DNA of 64,000 bases, from positions 1-64,000 of the forward strand of contig CALSSD010000004.1 in the NCBI GenBank assembly GCA_943788915.1, written 5' to 3'. Under the pieces are notes generated by a model, which was not told the origin of the DNA, ran no database searches, and saw only the letters and a list, made by a program, of their open reading frames with translations. The translations under genes were made by a program, and so were the position numbers. Of the stretch, positions 60,235-64,000 are shown in pieces (positions within the stretch are counted from its first letter, which is position 1; every line of letters begins with the position of its first letter). The stretch comes from an uncultured Acidimicrobiales bacterium. Lineage in GTDB: Bacteria; Actinomycetota; Acidimicrobiia; Acidimicrobiales; UBA10347.

Positions 60235-61151
60235 GAGGTGTGGTCGCGATCATCCGGAGTAGCACCGGTCCAACTGAGGAATAGCTGCTCGAGCGACCCG
60301 GCGTGAGAAGACAGTTCGTGCAAGACGAAGCCGCTAGCGAAGGCTCGTTCACCGATCTCTGTCAGCGACATGCCCCGGACGACCAATCCGTCGGTGCCTT
60401 GTGACTCGGTGAGTGCGCCTGCTTGTTCGAGTTGGGTTGCCAAGAGACCTGGGTCGGTTGTTCGAACCAGTGCTGCAGAATTTTGGAGTTCGGCAAGTGC
60501 GCCGTGGGCAACAAGCCGACCATCATTGATCACGATGACGTCGTCGGCGAGGTGTTCAACTTCGGCCAGCAGGTGGCTTGAGACAAGAACCGTGCCGCCA
60601 CGAGCCGCGTGGCCCCGGAGAACGTCGCGCAACGTGTGTATGCCTTGGGGATCGAGGCCATTTCCTGGTTCGTCAAGTATGAGTACGGGTGGTTCTCCCA
60701 GCATTGCGGCGGCTAGTCCGAGTCGTTGCCGCATACCCAGCGAATAGGCGCCTGCCCGGCGATTTGCGGCGCTTCCGAGGCCAACCTCGTCGAGCATCTC
60801 GTCGACCCGGGTGTAGGAACATCCAGTGGCGTCGGCCAGTATTCGGAGGTGGTTTCGCCCACTTCGGCCAGGATGAAAGGCATCAGATTCGATGATGGCA
60901 CCTACCGTTTGGGCCGGGTTGGCCAGGTCTTTGTAACGATGGCCGCTAATGGTTGCGTGACCGGTCGTTGGCGAGGCCAGGCCGAGCATGATTTTCAGTG
61001 TGGTGGATTTGCCGGAACCGTTCGGCCCCAGGAAACCGGTGACTCGTCCGGGTGGCACCGTAAACGTGAGGTCATCGACGACGGTGGCGTCGCCGTAGCT
61101 TTTTGTCAAATGGGTGACCTCAAGTTGATAGGTCGGCATTGTTGTGGCCAC
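60231..61151 (-). CDS. ABC transporter ATP-binding protein
   Basis: GPNGSGKST, YSLGMRQRLGLA, ILDEPGNGLDP and SSH motifs. Start is GTG 61151 (after GGAGG) or ATG 61139. Confidence 0.95.
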   Translation of the reverse strand: MATTMPTYQLEVTHLTKSYGDATVVDDLTFTVPPGRVTGFLGPNGSGKSTTLKIMLGLASPTTGHATISGHRYKDLANPAQTVGAIIESDAFHPGRSGRNHLRILADATGCSYTRVDEMLDEVGLGSAANRRAGAYSLGMRQRLGLAAAMLGEPPVLILDEPGNGLDPQGIHTLRDVLRGHAARGGTVLVSSHLLAEVEHLADDVIVINDGRLVAHGALAELQNSAALVRTTDPGLLATQLEQAGALTESQGTDGLVVRGMSLTEIGERAFASGFVLHELSSHAGSLEQLFLSWTGATPDDRDHTS

Positions 61152-61176
61152 TTGCCTTTCCTCCGTTTGTACGGGG

Positions 61177-61662
61177 TCAGCTATGGAGTAGGACTTCGGC
61201 TTCGATCTCGACAGGTATTCCAAACGGCAACGATGTCATGCCGACGGCAGATCGGGAATGCCGGCCTACCTCGGGACCGAACAGCTCCAAGATCAGGTCG
61301 CTGAAGCCGTTGATCACCGCTGGTTGTTGGGTGAAGTCAGACCCGCATCGCACCATGCCCAAGGCCTTGACCCAGTGGCTAATTCTGTCGAGTGTGCCTA
61401 GCTCACGATGCAACGACCCCAGCATGGATAAGGCGACAAGCCGGGCGGACTCGTACCCCTGATCAACAGACACGTCGTGGCCCACGATGCCAAATGGCCC
61501 GGTGACCGTGCCGTCCGGACCTTGGGGGCCATGGCCTGAGACAATGGCCCGGTTGCCGCAGATGTTCACAAAAGCAAACGGCAGCTGCACGTCGGGTGGC
61601 ACAACAACTGGGGGCGGTAATGCCAGTCCCATTGCAGTGATGCGATCCTCGATCTGTCCCAT
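61177..61662 (-). CDS. RidA/YjgF family protein
   Basis: VSGHGP, VINGFSDL, GRHSRSAVG and LPFGIPVEIE motifs. Confidence 0.92.
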   Translation of the reverse strand: MGQIEDRITAMGLALPPPVVVPPDVQLPFAFVNICGNRAIVSGHGPQGPDGTVTGPFGIVGHDVSVDQGYESARLVALSMLGSLHRELGTLDRISHWVKALGMVRCGSDFTQQPAVINGFSDLILELFGPEVGRHSRSAVGMTSLPFGIPVEIEAEVLLHS

Positions 61663-61697
61663 GGGTCGACCTTAGTCACCGACGTGGGGGTGAGGGT

Positions 61698-62603
61698 CTA
61701 GCGAGAGCCTCGGCTGATCAATGCGGCACCGCACAGGATGAGTGCAGTTCCGACGAGCTCAATTGCACCAACGGATTCGTTGCGGACGACGACTCCAAGC
61801 ACGATCGCTGTAACCGGCACGAGGTATCCGACGAGCGAGCTGCGGGGTGCGCCGACCCGACCATTGAGTGTGGCGAAGAGGGAGCGTGCGATACCCGTGC
61901 CAAAGACACCCAGGATCACGATGGCGAGGGCCGGTTTCCATTCGAACGTTGATTGGGACAGGCCCCATAACCCCCATGGAGCGAGCAAGACTGAACTGAT
62001 CACCATGGCTCGGCCCATCACCGCGGCACCGCCGTATGCCTGGGCGAGTGGGGGCAAGAAGTTGTTCGAGATTGAATAGCCGGCGACCGCGCAGAACACG
62101 AAGAAGACACCGAGTGGTTCGGCGTCGGTCCCGGCCAGGTTGGCCCCCGCGATGGTTATCGCGCCACACAGGCCGATGATCAGCCCGATGATCTGGTTGC
62201 GTTCCGGCGCTCGGCGCAACATGGCAACCGAGAGAAACAGCACCAGAATCGGACCAACAGAATTGAGCATGCCAGCGACCGAGGATTCGACTCGTTGCTG
62301 AGCCAGTGGAAAGAAAAGTGCGGGAGCGGTGTTCCCGGCAACCGCCACAACCATCAGGGCTGGCCAGGTCGACCGAGGCATGGATTGGCGAGCCGATGGC
62401 ACGAACGCGAGAACGCCGGCGCCGAACACCATACGGAAGAGCGCGATGACTGCTGGATGGAACGAATCGAGCCCTATGGCGATCCAGAGAAATGATGATC
62501 CCCAGATCAGCGAAATGGTCAGCAAAAGTGCCCAGTCGACCTGGTTGAAGTTGCCCTGGTTCATGCCATCGGCGGCAAATCGACTGGAGGCAGGTGCGGA
62601 CAC
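61698..62603 (-). CDS. DMT/EamA family transporter
   Basis: IWGSSFLWI, about ten TM helices and VGYLVPV. Start is GTG 62603 or ATG 62564. Confidence 0.92.
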   Translation of the reverse strand: MSAPASSRFAADGMNQGNFNQVDWALLLTISLIWGSSFLWIAIGLDSFHPAVIALFRMVFGAGVLAFVPSARQSMPRSTWPALMVVAVAGNTAPALFFPLAQQRVESSVAGMLNSVGPILVLFLSVAMLRRAPERNQIIGLIIGLCGAITIAGANLAGTDAEPLGVFFVFCAVAGYSISNNFLPPLAQAYGGAAVMGRAMVISSVLLAPWGLWGLSQSTFEWKPALAIVILGVFGTGIARSLFATLNGRVGAPRSSLVGYLVPVTAIVLGVVVRNESVGAIELVGTALILCGAALISRGSR

Positions 62604-62606
62604 CAG

Positions 62607-62631
62607 CGGAACCGTAACCAGTACGGTTCCG
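62607..62631. promoter_or_regulatory. Inverted repeat forming back-to-back -10 elements (TACGGT on both strands)
   Basis: cggaaccgta-accag-tacggttccg; each TACGGT lies 7 nt before a start codon. Confidence 0.65.
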
Positions 62632-62634
62632 AAC

Positions 62635-63084
62635 ATGCGTCGCATCGTTGTTGGATTGGTCACGATCCTTGCCCCGATACTGGTGATGGCAGGCTGTACC
62701 GACGACCCAACTGTCTCGGGGCCGGCGAACGCTGAGCCGGCAGTCACAGCAGAGAACCTGCGCGAGGCCGAAAACGACGGCCTGTTCCCCACCGTGGTCG
62801 ATGTCACTGCAACGACCAGCGATGGAGCGTCATGGCGCGTCAACGTGACCCTGTTAAGCGAATACGACTCGCCTGCTCGTTATGCCGATTCGTGGCGGGT
62901 GCTCGACGCCGACGACAACGAACTCGGTATCCGGGTCCTGGCCCACGATCATGCCGGCGAGCAGCCATTCACCCGGTCACACACCGTTGACATCCCGAGT
63001 GATGTCACCACCGTGTTTGTCGAAGGCCGCGATCAGATCAATGGTTGGAGCGGCGAACGTTTCGAACTCACCCTCGACCGCTAA
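62635..63084 (+). CDS. Hypothetical lipoprotein
   Basis: MRR, hydrophobic stretch and MAGC lipobox; conserved-looking YADSWRV...LGIRVLAHDHAGEQPFTRS domain. Confidence 0.8.
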   Translation: MRRIVVGLVTILAPILVMAGCTDDPTVSGPANAEPAVTAENLREAENDGLFPTVVDVTATTSDGASWRVNVTLLSEYDSPARYADSWRVLDADDNELGIRVLAHDHAGEQPFTRSHTVDIPSDVTTVFVEGRDQINGWSGERFELTLDR

Positions 63085-64000
63085 CCCAGCAGATCAGCAA
63101 CCAGGATTCGCAGTTCTGGTTTGCGGACCTTGTTCGACGCGGTCAGCGGGAGTTCGTCGACGATGAACACATGGCGGGGCACCTTGTAGTTGGCCATACA
63201 TTCGCGGCACCACGCGATGAGCTCTTCAACATCGGGTGCACCTTGGGGGCTGGGCACGATGAAGGCGGCACCGACTTCGCCCATTCGTTCATCAGGCACG
63301 CCGATAACGGCGGCGAGACCCACGAGCGGGTGTTCGACCAAGACACGTTCGATCTCAGCCGGATAAGCATTGAAGCCACCCATAATGAACATGTCCTTCA
63401 TCCGGTCGGTGATGTCGATGTATCCGTGCTCATCCATCACCGCGATGTCACCGGTGTGGAGCCAACCATCGGCATCAATCGCTTCGGCCGTCTGTTCGGG
63501 CGCATCGAGATATCCAGGTGTGACCTGGAAGCCGCGGACCCACAACTCGCCTTCGGTTCCGGTTTCGACATCGGCGCCGGTTGGGTCGACCACTCGAAGC
63601 TCGACGCCTGCCGGGGCACAGCCCGATGTAGTCGCAATAGTTTCTGGTGAGTCGCCTGGTCGGGTATAGGCAGCCAGGCCCGAGGTTTCGGTCATGCCAT
63701 AGGCGGTCATGATGGTGTCGAAACCGAGGCGGTCGCGCATCTCGATGATCATCTCGACTGGGATCGAAGCGGCGCCAGTCACACACGAACGTAATGATGA
63801 GATATCGAACTGATCAAGCTCGGGGTGGTTGAGCAAACCTTGAAACAGTGCGGGCGGACCGGGGAACACGGCGACACGTTCGCGCTGGATCGTGGCCAAC
63901 ACTTGGGCAGGGTCATAGATAGCGACCGGCAGGTTAAGTGCGCCGAACATGAGGCACACGATGATGCCCGAGTTGTAGCCGAAGGCGTGGAAATAAGGAT
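63081..64000 (-). CDS. Acyl-CoA ligase, FadD3-like (5' part outside window)
   Basis: FHAFGY, TAYGMTE, GWLHTGD, DRMKDMFIMGGFNAYPAEIE and ANYKVP motifs. Confidence 0.9.
   Translation of the reverse strand, partial: PYFHAFGYNSGIIVCLMFGALNLPVAIYDPAQVLATIQRERVAVFPGPPALFQGLLNHPELDQFDISSLRSCVTGAASIPVEMIIEMRDRLGFDTIMTAYGMTETSGLAAYTRPGDSPETIATTSGCAPAGVELRVVDPTGADVETGTEGELWVRGFQVTPGYLDAPEQTAEAIDADGWLHTGDIAVMDEHGYIDITDRMKDMFIMGGFNAYPAEIERVLVEHPLVGLAAVIGVPDERMGEVGAAFIVPSPQGAPDVEELIAWCRECMANYKVPRHVFIVDELPLTASNKVRKPELRILVADLLG

Overview
This window is the replication-origin region of an actinobacterium. By eye GC is roughly 60%, and gene order and protein style suggest class Acidimicrobiia (inference). 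The core block is sigM-like ECF sigma, anti-sigma, trxB, trxA / parB, parA, two parS sites, rsmG, jag, yidC, yidD, rnpA, rpmH / dnaA, oriC, dnaN, recF, DUF721, gyrB, gyrA, a Tad-like gene, DUF3566 and tRNA-Ile(GAT). It is flanked by metabolic and transport genes: Fe-S oxidoreductase, tatA, dcd, tdk, class I aldolase, galE, DegV, a sigma-28, an RNB nuclease, an Aap/Bzt-type amino-acid ABC transporter, serB, corA, mscS, prfC, selO and acyl-CoA enzymes. I found no CRISPR array, prophage, intact transposase or rRNA. Four loci carry single-base indels (aldolase, anti-sigma, RNB nuclease, prfC) that most likely are consensus errors, and one SDR gene is a true deletion remnant. I cannot claim a clearly new multi-gene system. 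The best leads are: an orphan sigma-28 with its own sigma-28 promoter; a lysine-free biotin/lipoyl-like protein coupled to an acyltransferase; GyrB with EGNSA instead of EGDSA plus an ATPase-region insertion; a sigma promoter encoded in the 3' end of the sigM-like gene; a second DnaA-box-like cluster beside a 26-bp palindrome; a CTG-initiated rnpA; and a symmetric back-to-back leaderless promoter. All family assignments come from recognising motifs by eye, without database searches.
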